In this document: positions 27,796 through 36,954 of the stretch, in pieces
Layout of the letters: each line of letters opens with the position of its first letter
Position numbering within the stretch: position 1 is the first letter of the stretch
DNA from: an uncultured Chloroflexia bacterium
GTDB taxonomy: Bacteria; Chloroflexota; Limnocylindria; Limnocylindrales; CSP1-4
Assembly: GCA_963776285.1 (NCBI GenBank)
Contig: CAVZLW010000007.1
Location: 185,415 to 249,414, forward strand
DNA length: 64,000 bases
Direction: 5' to 3'
Notes under the pieces: model-generated
The model's input: only the letters and a program-made list of their open reading frames with translations
Databases searched by the model: none
What the model was told of the DNA's origin: nothing
Position numbers and translations under genes: made by a program

Positions 27796-28431
27796 ATGGC
27801 CGCCCCCTCGATCCGCATCGGACACGAGACGCGGCGCTGGCGCCTCGAGCGAGGCCTGACCCTGGCGCAGGTCGGCGAGCGCTGCGGCCTCAACATCGGC
27901 TACCTCTCGCAGATCGAGAACGACAAGGCAGTCCCCTCGCTCGAGGCGCTCGCCTCGATCGCATCCGCCCTCGATGTCCCGCCCGCGTGGCTGCTGCTCG
28001 ATTCCGCGTCGCCACCGCGGGTGGTCCTCGAGACGGACCGCCCGCGCACGGTCATGCCGAACGGCGGACAGCTGAGCGAGGTCGACGCGGGGACCTCGCG
28101 GGATGTCTGCATCCTCGAAGCGGTCGTGCCGGCCGGCGGCGCCACCGGCGTCCATGCCCATGCCGGGGATGAGCACCACGTGGTGCTGACCGGCAGGTGG
28201 CGGCTCACGCAGGGCGATCACGTGGTCGAGCTCGGTCCCGGCGACTACCTGGCCTGGGATCCGACGGTGCCGCACGACGTCGAGAACATCGGCGACGAGC
28301 CCGGTCGCCTCCTGGTGATCTACCCGCGCCATGCCGCGCGACGGCCGCACGGCGGATCCGAGGGCGGACCGGCGCGGGGCGAGGGCGACCTGCCGCCCGA
28401 TCACCCCGAGAGACGTGCGTCGCCCGCCTGA
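27796..28431 (+). CDS. XRE-family HTH regulator with C-terminal cupin domain
   Basis: HTH is IRIGHETRRWRLERGLTLAQVGERCGLNIGYLSQIENDKAVPSLEAL. Cupin region is GVHAHAGDEHHVVLTGRWRL...GDYLAWDPTVPHDVEN. Confidence 0.75.
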   Translation: MAAPSIRIGHETRRWRLERGLTLAQVGERCGLNIGYLSQIENDKAVPSLEALASIASALDVPPAWLLLDSASPPRVVLETDRPRTVMPNGGQLSEVDAGTSRDVCILEAVVPAGGATGVHAHAGDEHHVVLTGRWRLTQGDHVVELGPGDYLAWDPTVPHDVENIGDEPGRLLVIYPRHAARRPHGGSEGGPARGEGDLPPDHPERRASPA

Positions 28432-28468
28432 TCGTCTCGAGAGCCGCCGGCCGTCTCCGCGCTATCCG

Positions 28469-29227
28469 CTACGCCAGGCCGCGCGCCGCCCAGGCCACGG
28501 CGCTGACCACGAACGGCTCGGAGAGGACCTGCCGCCGGCAGGCCTCGCGCAGCTCCATGCGCCGGTTTTCGTCGAGGCTCGCCAGGTAGGCTCCGGCCGG
28601 GCCCACGCCGCGCGTGAATGGCTCCCACCAGGATTCGAAGGTCGGGTGCTCCAGGCTCACGGCGAGCGCGGCTGCCTCGATCTCGTGCAGTCCGGCGGCC
28701 CCGAACAGCTCGGCAAGGTGGCCCTCGCGGGTGCCGGCGAGGGTCGACTCGTCGTCGACCGACGGATCGAGCGCACGCGCGGCCTCCCAGAAGAGCCGGA
28801 GCGGCCCCTGGCTCCCACCGTGATCCCAGACGCACGCCGAAACGACACCATGACGCCGGGTCACGCGGGCCATCTCGGTGATCCCCGCGACTGGATCCTT
28901 CATGAAGTGGACGACGAGCTGCGCGAGAGCCGCGTCAAACGCATCGTCCGCGAACGGCAGCAGCTCGGCGGGAGCTTGCCGGACATCGACGCCCGGGTGG
29001 CGCGCCCGCGTCGCGGCGACGAACGGCTCGGACGGATCGACGGCCGCCACCGCTCCAGGCCCCAACCGTGAGACCAGCTCGCCCGTGAGCGCGCCGGTGC
29101 CGCAGCCGACGTCCAGGACCCGCTGTCCGGCGCGTATTCCCGCGAAGCTCGCCAGCTGACCCGAGAGCAGGCGGGAGTATCGACCCATGAAACCGTCGTA
29201 TGCCTCGGCGGCGACATCGAAGCTCAC
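28469..29227 (-). CDS. Class I SAM-dependent methyltransferase
   Basis: Motif I is VLDVGCGTGALTGEL. 252 aa. Confidence 0.8.
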   Translation of the reverse strand: MSFDVAAEAYDGFMGRYSRLLSGQLASFAGIRAGQRVLDVGCGTGALTGELVSRLGPGAVAAVDPSEPFVAATRARHPGVDVRQAPAELLPFADDAFDAALAQLVVHFMKDPVAGITEMARVTRRHGVVSACVWDHGGSQGPLRLFWEAARALDPSVDDESTLAGTREGHLAELFGAAGLHEIEAAALAVSLEHPTFESWWEPFTRGVGPAGAYLASLDENRRMELREACRRQVLSEPFVVSAVAWAARGLA

Positions 29228-29375
29228 GGGCAGAATTCTACGCTCTCACCGCGCCGGATCGCCGCCGACGGCGTCCTCGTGCTTCGAACGACGCCGTCGT
29301 TGACGGCGTTGACGACTGTCCGACCATGCTCCGACGACCGACAACCCGGCCGTCCGCCTCCCGTCGCGAGGAGCC

Positions 29376-30431
29376 ATGTCCGTCGCAACCTCGGAGCTGG
29401 ACTCCGTCCCGGCGCTCGTCATCGGTGACCCGCTGCGCGCACCCGTCGGGCGCGCCGTGGCCGCCACGCTCGTGACCGCCGTGGTCTTCGTCGTCTTCGC
29501 CTGGACCAGCAAGGAGATCAGGGCCCTGTACGGCCACGCGCCATGGCAGAACGACCCGTACGACGCCGTGGTCTCGTTCACCCTGTTCTTCGTGCCGCTC
29601 GGCGCCGCGCTCCTCGTGATCCGAGCGCTGCTCTGCCGGCGCGATGCGCCACTGCCCGTGACGCGCGTGGTCGGGGTGCTCCGCGCGTCGCGCGTCGTGC
29701 TCGCGGCCGTGCTTGTAACGCTCGCCGCCGACTGGCTCAGCGTGCTCCTGCGAGCCGACGAGGAGACGTGGACTGCGACGACCGAGGGCCTGGTCGTCGC
29801 GCTGGCAATCGTGACGCTCGTGGCAGGACCGGCCGCGTTCCTGGTTCACCACGCCGGGCTCGCGTCCCGCGGGTGGCGGTCGCCTGCGGGTCCCGACGCG
29901 CTGGCCGACGCCCTGGCACTCGGCCTGCAGTGGAGCGCGAGACTGGGGCCGGTCGAGGGGCCAGCGCGGGCGCTCGTCACGGCGGTCGGGACGCACGCCG
30001 CACCACTCCTGCGACGGCACCCGCTGGCGGCGGCGGCGCTGGGCTCCCTGGCGTTCGGCGCTGCGATCTGCGTGGCGGCGGTCCGGGAGGAGGGCGTTGC
30101 GCCCGTGCTCGGGCTCGTCTTCGGCGTCGCCTTCTGCGGGATGTTCGCATTCCTGGCGGCAGCGGGCAGCTACCTCGGACTGGTGCGCGCGGAGCAGCCC
30201 CTCGTCGGCGCCGGCCGTCGCCTCGCCGACGCCGCGGTCCTCGCGGCCGCCGCCGTTCCGGTCGCCCTCGCCTTCCGGGGGTCGCTGTGGTGGATCGTGG
30301 GCTCAACCGAGCCGACGGCCGACCTCGTCGAGCTGGTCGATCTCCTGCTCGTCGCGGCCGTGGCCACGTTCGCCCTCGTGGTCGTCGCTGAGACGCTCGT
30401 CGGCCTCCACCGGGGCAGACAGGTGGAGTGA
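29376..30431 (+). CDS. Hypothetical polytopic membrane protein
   Basis: 351 aa with ~8 predicted TM helices and no recognisable family. Coding is supported by its length and a composition consistent with membrane proteins. Confidence 0.5.
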   Translation: MSVATSELDSVPALVIGDPLRAPVGRAVAATLVTAVVFVVFAWTSKEIRALYGHAPWQNDPYDAVVSFTLFFVPLGAALLVIRALLCRRDAPLPVTRVVGVLRASRVVLAAVLVTLAADWLSVLLRADEETWTATTEGLVVALAIVTLVAGPAAFLVHHAGLASRGWRSPAGPDALADALALGLQWSARLGPVEGPARALVTAVGTHAAPLLRRHPLAAAALGSLAFGAAICVAAVREEGVAPVLGLVFGVAFCGMFAFLAAAGSYLGLVRAEQPLVGAGRRLADAAVLAAAAVPVALAFRGSLWWIVGSTEPTADLVELVDLLLVAAVATFALVVVAETLVGLHRGRQVE

Positions 30432-30440
30432 GCCTCATGG

Positions 30441-31385
30441 TCAGCCTGGTTCGGCGGAGACCGGTCGCTCGCGCCGCGGGATCGGGAGCCTGATCCGGCC
30501 CTGGGCGATGGCGACCCCGAGGAGGATGACGACGGCACCGATCGGCTCGTTCCAGCCGAGGGGCTCGCCGAGGAACGCGGCCCCGACCACGACCGCGACC
30601 ACGGGCGTCACGTACGTGACCGAGCTCGCGACCGCGCTTCCGGCGACCAGGACGATCTGGGTGTTCAGGATGTAGGCAACGCCCGAACCGAGCGCACCCA
30701 GGGCCAGCATCCCCGCGATCGTGTCGAACGCCACCGGCGTGACGATCCGCCCGCCCCCGAGAACGGACTCCAGGATGACGACCGGCACGAGGAATGCGGC
30801 ACCGAGGAGGACCTGGCCGGTCGCGAGCGCGATCGGCCCGTCGCCGGTGGCCGCGAGGTGGCGTCGGGTATAGGGAAACGCCAGGCCGTAGCAGCAGATC
30901 GCGGCGACGCAGGCGAGGATTCCGGCCAGCTCGCCGCCCTCGAAACCCTGCCAGACGGCGAGGACGACGAGGACGCCCGCGAAGCCGACCATGAGTCCGA
31001 CGATCCGCTCGCGCGTCGGGCGCTCCTCGGGGAAGGCGAGCAGCGTGACCGCCAGGGTGGTGAGCGGCGTCGCCGCGTTGATGATCCCGGCCATGATCGA
31101 GGAGACATGGGTCTCCCCGAAGGCGAAGAGCGTGAAAGGGATGCTGCAGAAGAGCAGGGCCGTCACGCACAGGTGACGCCAGGTCCGGGCCGCGGCCGGG
31201 AGTGACGTTCGGGTGAGCCGAGCGATTGCGAGCAGCGTGACCGCCCCGACCGCCAGCCGCCCGAAGGCGACCTGGACGGGCGTGAGCGACTGCAGCCCGA
31301 GCTTGATGAAGAGGAACGAGCAACCCCAGATCACGCCAAGCGCGAGGAACGACGCCTGCCAGGGCACCGCGCGACCGGACTTCAT
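30441..31385 (-). CDS. DMT superfamily (EamA-type) transporter
   Basis: RBS GGGGGAGG. 314 aa with 10 TM helices and two EamA repeats (GVIWGCSFLFIKLGL...). Confidence 0.8.
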   Translation of the reverse strand: MKSGRAVPWQASFLALGVIWGCSFLFIKLGLQSLTPVQVAFGRLAVGAVTLLAIARLTRTSLPAAARTWRHLCVTALLFCSIPFTLFAFGETHVSSIMAGIINAATPLTTLAVTLLAFPEERPTRERIVGLMVGFAGVLVVLAVWQGFEGGELAGILACVAAICCYGLAFPYTRRHLAATGDGPIALATGQVLLGAAFLVPVVILESVLGGGRIVTPVAFDTIAGMLALGALGSGVAYILNTQIVLVAGSAVASSVTYVTPVVAVVVGAAFLGEPLGWNEPIGAVVILLGVAIAQGRIRLPIPRRERPVSAEPG

Positions 31386-31678
31386 GAGCCTCCCCCTACC
31401 CCGAATGGCAGGTCCAGCATGCTCTCGCGCACGCGCATGCGCTCGCGGGAAGCGGACATCTCCGTCCCTCTCGGGCGCGACGTGGATGCGATGGGACGCG
31501 CGCATCGCGGATCGGCGCGACCTGTTCGCCGGCCGCCGACCAGCCGCCGGCAGGCGGGTTACCGTTGGCCGACGCGCTGCGACGGTCCGTGACCATCGGC
31601 CTCGAGCGGGTCCTGGCGGGTCTGCCGGCCAGGGCGCACAACCAGGAGATGGCGGGCGTGACCGGTGAGTCCACGGGC

Positions 31679-32481
31679 ATGATCCATCTCTGCATCGCAG
31701 GCGCCACCGGCTGGGCCGGACGCGCCCTGGTCGACGCCGTTCTCGAGGCAGATGACCTGGCCCTGCGTTCGGCGGTCGCACGCTCGCCGCCGGAATGGAC
31801 CTCGGCACGGCGCTGGGTCGGGACGCGCTGGACGTTCCCGTCTACGCGACCGTCGACGAAGCGCTCGAGGGGGTCGACGTCCTGGTCGAGTACACCTCGC
31901 ACACGGCCGCCAAGGCGAACACGATGGCGGCGATCGAGCGCGGCGTCGCGGTCGTGATCGGCTCCTCCGGCCCGACCGCGGCCGACTACGCGGAGATCGA
32001 CGCGGCCGCCCGGGAGCACGGCGTCGGCGTGATCTCCTCGGGCAACTTCTCGCTGACGGCGGCGATGGCGCAGGCGGCCGCGCTGCTCGTGGCCCGCCAC
32101 CTGCCGCAGGCGGAGATCATCGACTACTCCAGCGCCACGAAGCCGGACGCGCCGAGCGGGACGTCGCGGGAGCTTGCGGAACGACTGGCCCAGGTCCGGC
32201 CGCCGGTCCTCGGTCGCCCCCTCGACGAGACCGACGGTCTCCGGGAGGCGCGGGGAGCGTCGGTCGCCGGCGTCCCCGTGCACTCCATCCGGCTACCGAG
32301 CTTCTCGGTCTCCACGGAGGTCATCTTCGGCCTCCCCGACGAGCGGTTGACGATCCGTCACGATGCCGGCCTGTCGGCCGCGCCGTACGTGTCCGGAACG
32401 CTCCTCGCGGTTCGCCTGGTGCTCGGGCGCGTCGGGCTGACGCGCGGGCTCGACACCCTGCTCCTCGACGCCCGGGACTGA
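31679..32481 (+). pseudogene. dapB: 4-hydroxy-tetrahydrodipicolinate reductase gene with an apparent 1-nt frameshift near 31790
   Basis: The N-terminal NAD(P)-binding part (MIHLCIAGATGWAGRALVDAVLEADDLALRSAVARS) is in one frame. The remainder (MDLGTALGRDALDVPVYATVDEALEGVDVLVEYTSHT...) is in the +1 frame. Restoring one G in the gccgccgg run gives ...ARSAAGMDLG..., which matches the family. Confidence 0.6.
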
Positions 32482-32608
32482 GTCGACGTCCGCGCAGGGG
32501 CCGGGGCCGGCCATGCGCCCACCACCGGGTGGGTGTCATGCCGGGCGGGCCGGGCTCGCGCGATCGATCCTGATCTCGGTGGGCGAGCCGGGAAGGCGTG
32601 CGCTCTGG

Positions 32609-32863
32609 TCAGACCGAGCCGGTCGAGCCCGCGTCCGTGGCCGAGGTGCCGTCCGACGCGGCCTGGTCGGCCACCGCCTCGGACGGAGCGACCGGCGAAG
32701 CGGTGGGCACCGGCGCCGCCTCGTCCGTGCCGTCCATGGCCCGACGGAAGTCGCGCATCGCCCGGCCGATTGCCGCGCCGGTCTCGGGCAGCTTTCCCGG
32801 GCCGATCACGAGGAGCGCGACGGCGAGGATGAGGATCACGTGAACCGGCGAGAGTGCGCCCAT
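32609..32863 (-). CDS. tatA: Twin-arginine translocase subunit TatA/E
   Basis: MGALSPVHVILILAVALLVIGPGKLPETGAAIGRAMRDFRRA is the canonical TatA TM plus amphipathic helix. It is followed by an acidic, Ala/Ser-rich tail. Confidence 0.8.
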   Translation of the reverse strand: MGALSPVHVILILAVALLVIGPGKLPETGAAIGRAMRDFRRAMDGTDEAAPVPTASPVAPSEAVADQAASDGTSATDAGSTGSV

Positions 32864-33154
32864 GGCGGTCTCCGAGGCTTCGGCCGAATGGAGCCGCACG
32901 ATACGCCACTTCGGGCAGGATCCGCGATCAGCCCGGGACGCCTGCGCGGCCCGGCCTCGGCGGGAACACGGACGAGGGCGCCGGCCACCAGGGCCGGCAT
33001 CGCGACGGCGGGCTTCACCGTCGCGAGCGGAGGGGCCGATCAGCCGAGCGAGACGCGAGCGCGGACGCGCGGACCGCGAGACTCAGTGCTCGAGCCGGAA
33101 CACCGGATAGCGCGCGGCGATCGGCTCGAAGTCCTCGACCGGCGCAGCCATCCG

Positions 33155-34684
33155 TCAGGACCGGGATGCCTGTCGCCCAGCCGCCAGCACCTCGTCGACC
33201 AGGGCGTCGGCGTCGTCGAGCGTCGAGCGCGGGTTGATGAAGCAGGGCCGGATCGCGAAGCGCCCGGCGACCCGCGTCGCGGACGGGATGCAGCGGCCGC
33301 GCGCCCGGACGGCGTGCAGGATCTCGTCGTTCAGGGCGTCCAGGCGGGCCTCGTCTGTCTCGCCCGCCGGCCGGTAGCGGAAGCAGCAGATGGAGAGGAT
33401 GGGTTCGCGGAGCAGCTCCAGCTCGTCGCTCGCGCGGGCGCGATCGGCGACCCGCCGGGCGCAGTCCAGGTGCCGGGCGACGCGGGCGCGCATCCCGTCG
33501 GCGCCGATCTCGGCGAGGGTCGCCCAGACGGCGAGGCCGCGGGCCGGCGTCGAGAAGTCCAGGCCCCAGTCGGGCGTCCCGTGGCCCAGCTCGTCGAAGG
33601 GCGAGCCGGTGTCGCCCGTTCCGGGTCGGGTCGTCCGCTCGCGGTCGTAGTCGCCGGTCTCGATGGTGAAGGCGCGGCCGAGGACGCCCTCGTCGCGGAC
33701 GATCACGGCCCCCGTGCCCACCGGCGCCGCCATCCACTTGTGGGGATCCACGGCGAAGGAGTCGTACGTCGCCACGTCCCCGTAGAGGTCGCGCACGCGC
33801 GCATCCAGGAGGCCGAAGCCGCCGTACGCCCCGTCGACGTGGAGCCACGTGCCGCGCTCGCGAGCGATCCGCGAGAGCTCCGCCAGCGGGTCCACGACGC
33901 CCGTGTTCACGTCGCCGGCGCAGCCGACGATCGCCACCGGCGTGCACCCGGCCGCCGCGTCCTCGTCGAGGGCGCGCTGCAGGAGGTCCAGGTCGATCTG
34001 CCCGTCCGCGTCGGTCGGGATGGAGCGCAGGTTCCGGCGGCCCATCCCCAGGACGCCCAGCGCGCGACCCACGACGTGATGCGTCTCCGTGCCGGCGTAG
34101 ACACGCGGCTCCGGCAGGCCCCCGAGCCCGTCGAGGGACGGCCGCAGCCCCAGCCGCTCGCCGGCGGCCTGCCTCGCCGCACCGATCCCCAGGAGGTTGG
34201 CGGTCGAGCCGCCCGCCGTGAAGGTCCCCACGAAGCCCGCGGGAAAGCCGAGCAGCTCGATGAGCCAGCGCATCGCCACGGCGTCGATCAGGTTGGCGGG
34301 CGTCGCCCACCACTTCTGTGGCGACGCGATCGCCTGGACCAGGTCGGCGACCGCACCGATGGTCGTGGGGGCCGTGGTTACCCAGCCACTGAATCCGGGA
34401 TGCCCCACGCGCAGCCCGTTCGCCACGACCTCGTCGCGAAGAAGCGCCAGCGTCCGCTCAGGGCCCATGCCGGCTGCCGGCAGCGGCTGGTCCAGCACCG
34501 GCTGCCAGGACGAGCGCCGCGTTGCCGGGTCGGAGCCTTCGAAGCGCAGGAAGCGCTCGAGGCCGGGAAGGACCACCGACAGCGACTCGGACAGGCCGTC
34601 GACGATCGCCGGATCGGGGCCGACGTGCTCGCCCGTGCCGGCGTGCTCGCCGATGCCGACGTGCCGGCCCGTGCCGCTTCCCAT
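33155..34684 (-). CDS. PLP-dependent group II decarboxylase (aspartate aminotransferase fold)
   Basis: PLP-lysine motif SFAVDPHKWMAAPVGTGAVIV and GGSTANLLGIGAARQ. ~509 aa. The N-terminus has a short GTGEHVG repeat. Confidence 0.8.
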   Translation of the reverse strand: MGSGTGRHVGIGEHAGTGEHVGPDPAIVDGLSESLSVVLPGLERFLRFEGSDPATRRSSWQPVLDQPLPAAGMGPERTLALLRDEVVANGLRVGHPGFSGWVTTAPTTIGAVADLVQAIASPQKWWATPANLIDAVAMRWLIELLGFPAGFVGTFTAGGSTANLLGIGAARQAAGERLGLRPSLDGLGGLPEPRVYAGTETHHVVGRALGVLGMGRRNLRSIPTDADGQIDLDLLQRALDEDAAAGCTPVAIVGCAGDVNTGVVDPLAELSRIARERGTWLHVDGAYGGFGLLDARVRDLYGDVATYDSFAVDPHKWMAAPVGTGAVIVRDEGVLGRAFTIETGDYDRERTTRPGTGDTGSPFDELGHGTPDWGLDFSTPARGLAVWATLAEIGADGMRARVARHLDCARRVADRARASDELELLREPILSICCFRYRPAGETDEARLDALNDEILHAVRARGRCIPSATRVAGRFAIRPCFINPRSTLDDADALVDEVLAAGRQASRS

Positions 34685-34801
34685 GGGCTGCTCGCCGGCC
34701 CTCGGCTCCTGCGTCACCACCGTCTGGCCCCTCCACCTGGCGTCCTCGCGAGACCCGACATGATGGGGGACGCGGGCATTTCTCGCGCCCGGCGGCACGT
34801 C

Positions 34802-34844
34802 ATGGCTATTGACAGTAGCTATCATGGCGACGTATCGTAGCCAT
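34802..34844 (+). promoter_or_regulatory. Consensus-like sigma-A promoter overlapped by an inverted repeat (likely TetR operator) upstream of the DUF4260-TetR operon
   Basis: -35 TTGACA (34809-34814), 18-nt spacer, -10 TATCGT (34833-34838). The IR is ATGGCTA (34802-34808) / TAGCCAT (34838-34844). This lies 30-70 nt upstream of the 34873 start. Confidence 0.4.
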
Positions 34845-34872
34845 CGTCGATCACGACCATGGAGACCGAGAC

Positions 34873-35283
34873 ATGCTGGCAACGACATCACCCGCGAGCC
34901 GGGGCACGACGGTAGGCGCGGTGACCGGGGCGCCGCGGACGTGGCTCCGGATCGAGGGCGTCGCGGCGCTCGCCACGGGGGCGGCGATCTACCTCCAGGC
35001 TGGCGGCCAGCTCCTGTGGCTGGTCCCACTCCTGTTCGCGGTGGACGTGTCGATGGCGGGCTACCTCGTCGGCCCCAGGCTGGGAGCGATCGGGTACAAC
35101 CTGGCCCACAACTGGGCGATCGGCCTGCTGGTCCTGGGCGCGGGCCTGGCGCTCGCGACGACCCCACTGGTCCTGGCCGGCGCGATCCTCGTCGCTCACG
35201 TCGGCATGGACCGCTTCGCGGGCTACGGGCTCAAGTACCCTTCGGCATTCAAGGACACCCACCTCGGGCGGCTGGGGCGATGA
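34873..35283 (+). CDS. DUF4260-family membrane protein
   Basis: WLRIEGVAALATGAAIYL...LWLVPLLFAVDVSMAGYL...AHVGMDRFAGYGLKYPSAFKDTHLG matches the conserved DUF4260 pattern (...HIGMDR.LGYGLKY...THLG). The stop overlaps the TetR start as ATGA. Confidence 0.75.
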   Translation: MLATTSPASRGTTVGAVTGAPRTWLRIEGVAALATGAAIYLQAGGQLLWLVPLLFAVDVSMAGYLVGPRLGAIGYNLAHNWAIGLLVLGAGLALATTPLVLAGAILVAHVGMDRFAGYGLKYPSAFKDTHLGRLGR

Positions 35284-35840
35284 GCCCCGCGCGGGCGCGC
35301 ACGTCGCGAGCCGCGATCGTGGCTGCGGGTCGCGCGCTCCTCGACGAGGGCGGGCTCGACGCCGTCACGATGGCGACCGTCGCGGTCCGGGTCGGAGTGA
35401 AGCCGCCGTCCCTCTACAAGCACGTCCGGGATCGCCCGCAGCTCCTCGAGGCGATCGCGACCGACGCGGCCGACGAGCTGGGAGGCATCCTCGCCGAGGC
35501 GGGAACGGGCCCAGGCGGTGACCCGACGGCCCGGTTGGCGGCGCTCGCGGACGCGTATCGGGCGTTTGCCCGACGCACCCCGCGAGCCGCGGCGATCCTG
35601 TTCACGGACCTCGGTCCAGGCTCGCGGCCCCCGGTCGAGGCCGCCGCGCGAGCCGCGCAGCCGGTGATCGACGTCGCCGCGGAGCTGGCCGGCCCGGACG
35701 ACGCGCTCGCCGCGGCACGCGTCCTGACGGCATTCGTCTACGGCTTCACGAGCATGGAATCGGCGGGCGCCTTCCGCCTCGGGGGAGACGTGGAGGAGGC
35801 CTTCCGGCGCGGTATCGCCGCCCTGGCCCGCGGTCTCTAG
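35280..35840 (+). CDS. TetR/AcrR family transcriptional regulator
   Basis: HTH is RAAIVAAGRALLDEGGLDAVTMATVAVRVGVKPPSLYKHVRDRPQLL. Translationally coupled to the DUF4260 gene. Confidence 0.8.
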   Translation: MSPARARTSRAAIVAAGRALLDEGGLDAVTMATVAVRVGVKPPSLYKHVRDRPQLLEAIATDAADELGGILAEAGTGPGGDPTARLAALADAYRAFARRTPRAAAILFTDLGPGSRPPVEAAARAAQPVIDVAAELAGPDDALAAARVLTAFVYGFTSMESAGAFRLGGDVEEAFRRGIAALARGL

Positions 35841-35874
35841 ACGATCGGCCGCGCGGCGATGGCGCGACGGCCAG

Positions 35875-36231
35875 CTACTTTGAGCGAGCCAGCCAGGCGA
35901 TCCACGTCGCCTCGGATCTGCCCGCGGTGACGTCGTCCCCGAATCGCACCAGCGGGAGGCGCAGGAGGGACGGCTCGGAGAGGAGCAGCGTGACAAGTCC
36001 GGCCGCCTCCGTCGGGAGCGGGACCTGCCCGCCATCCCGCTCGGCGCGGCCGTCAACGTCCCGCAGCGCGGTCGGGCCCAGCCGATCGACGAACCGGCGA
36101 AGCTCCGCTCGGGCAATCGGCTGTCTGCGCAGGTCGACATAGCGGACGACGATCCGTCGCTCCCGGAAGAAGCGGACCGCCGCGCGGGTCGCCTGCGAGT
36201 CCTCGACGCCGAACACCTGGATGTTCGGCAT
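35875..36231 (-). CDS. ArsC/Spx/YffB-family (arsenate reductase-like thioredoxin-fold) protein
   Basis: MPNIQVFGVEDSQATRAAVRFFRERRIVVRYVDL is the family N-terminus, with the Cys position replaced (E/D). 118 aa. Confidence 0.65.
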   Translation of the reverse strand: MPNIQVFGVEDSQATRAAVRFFRERRIVVRYVDLRRQPIARAELRRFVDRLGPTALRDVDGRAERDGGQVPLPTEAAGLVTLLLSEPSLLRLPLVRFGDDVTAGRSEATWIAWLARSK

Positions 36232-36317
36232 CTTCCTGGTCGGCGTCTTGCCGAGCGGCGCCGGCATCGGTCAGGTCTGAGGGCCGGCGTCGACGACGGT
36301 CTGCCCGGACAGGCCGC

Positions 36318-36836
36318 TCACGACGGGGTGGCCGTGCGCCGCTCCCAGCGCGTCTCGACCGCCGGAGGAGCCAGGAGCGTCTGGAGCACCACGCAGTAGC
36401 GTTCCGTGCGTTCCATGAGCTTCGCCAGGCGCTCGTCGGGGACGTCGTCGCCGGCGAGGCTGAACCGGACCCGGATCGCCTCGAAGCCGACCGGCACTCC
36501 CGGGGTCCCGAGCGTGCCCCGGAGGTCGAGGTCGCCCTCCACCGTCACGCCCACCGTGACGCCATCGAGACCCATGTTCGTGGCGACCATCTGGCATGTC
36601 AGCTGGGCACAGGCGGCGAGGGCTCCGAGCACCAGGTCGCCGGAGCACGCGGACATCCCGGTTCCGCCCACGCCCGCGTGCGCCCCTGCCGCGTAAACGG
36701 CCCGGCCGATGTCGACCGAGCAGCTCATCGCCCCGTCCCCGCTGCTCCCGGTCGCTCGCAGGGTGATCCTGGCCGCGGATGGGTCGGCGCCGTAGCGCTC
36801 CTTGATCGGCTGCTGGAGCTGGCGGAGGTCCATGCG
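36318..36836 (-). CDS. OsmC/Ohr family peroxiredoxin-like protein
   Basis: Paired Cys region (GMSACSGDLVLGALAACAQLTCQMVA) and ERYCVVLQTL are typical of OsmC. Confidence 0.75.
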   Translation of the reverse strand, partial: RMDLRQLQQPIKERYGADPSAARITLRATGSSGDGAMSCSVDIGRAVYAAGAHAGVGGTGMSACSGDLVLGALAACAQLTCQMVATNMGLDGVTVGVTVEGDLDLRGTLGTPGVPVGFEAIRVRFSLAGDDVPDERLAKLMERTERYCVVLQTLLAPPAVETRWERRTATPS

Positions 36837-36954
36837 AATCCTTCCTCTCGTCGGGCTTCCTTCCTCGGCACCCGCCCTCCTCACGGATCATCCCCGCCCC
36901 GGCCACGCCGGGGATCCCCGTCTCGAAGCCGCGCTCGGCCGAGCCTCCGGCGGC

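Noticed and set aside
33082-33150. 22-aa ORF (MAAPVEDFEPIAARYPVFRLEH) 4 nt downstream of the decarboxylase stop
   Set aside because: It is too short and has no recognisable motif. It is more likely a chance ORF in the 3' UTR.
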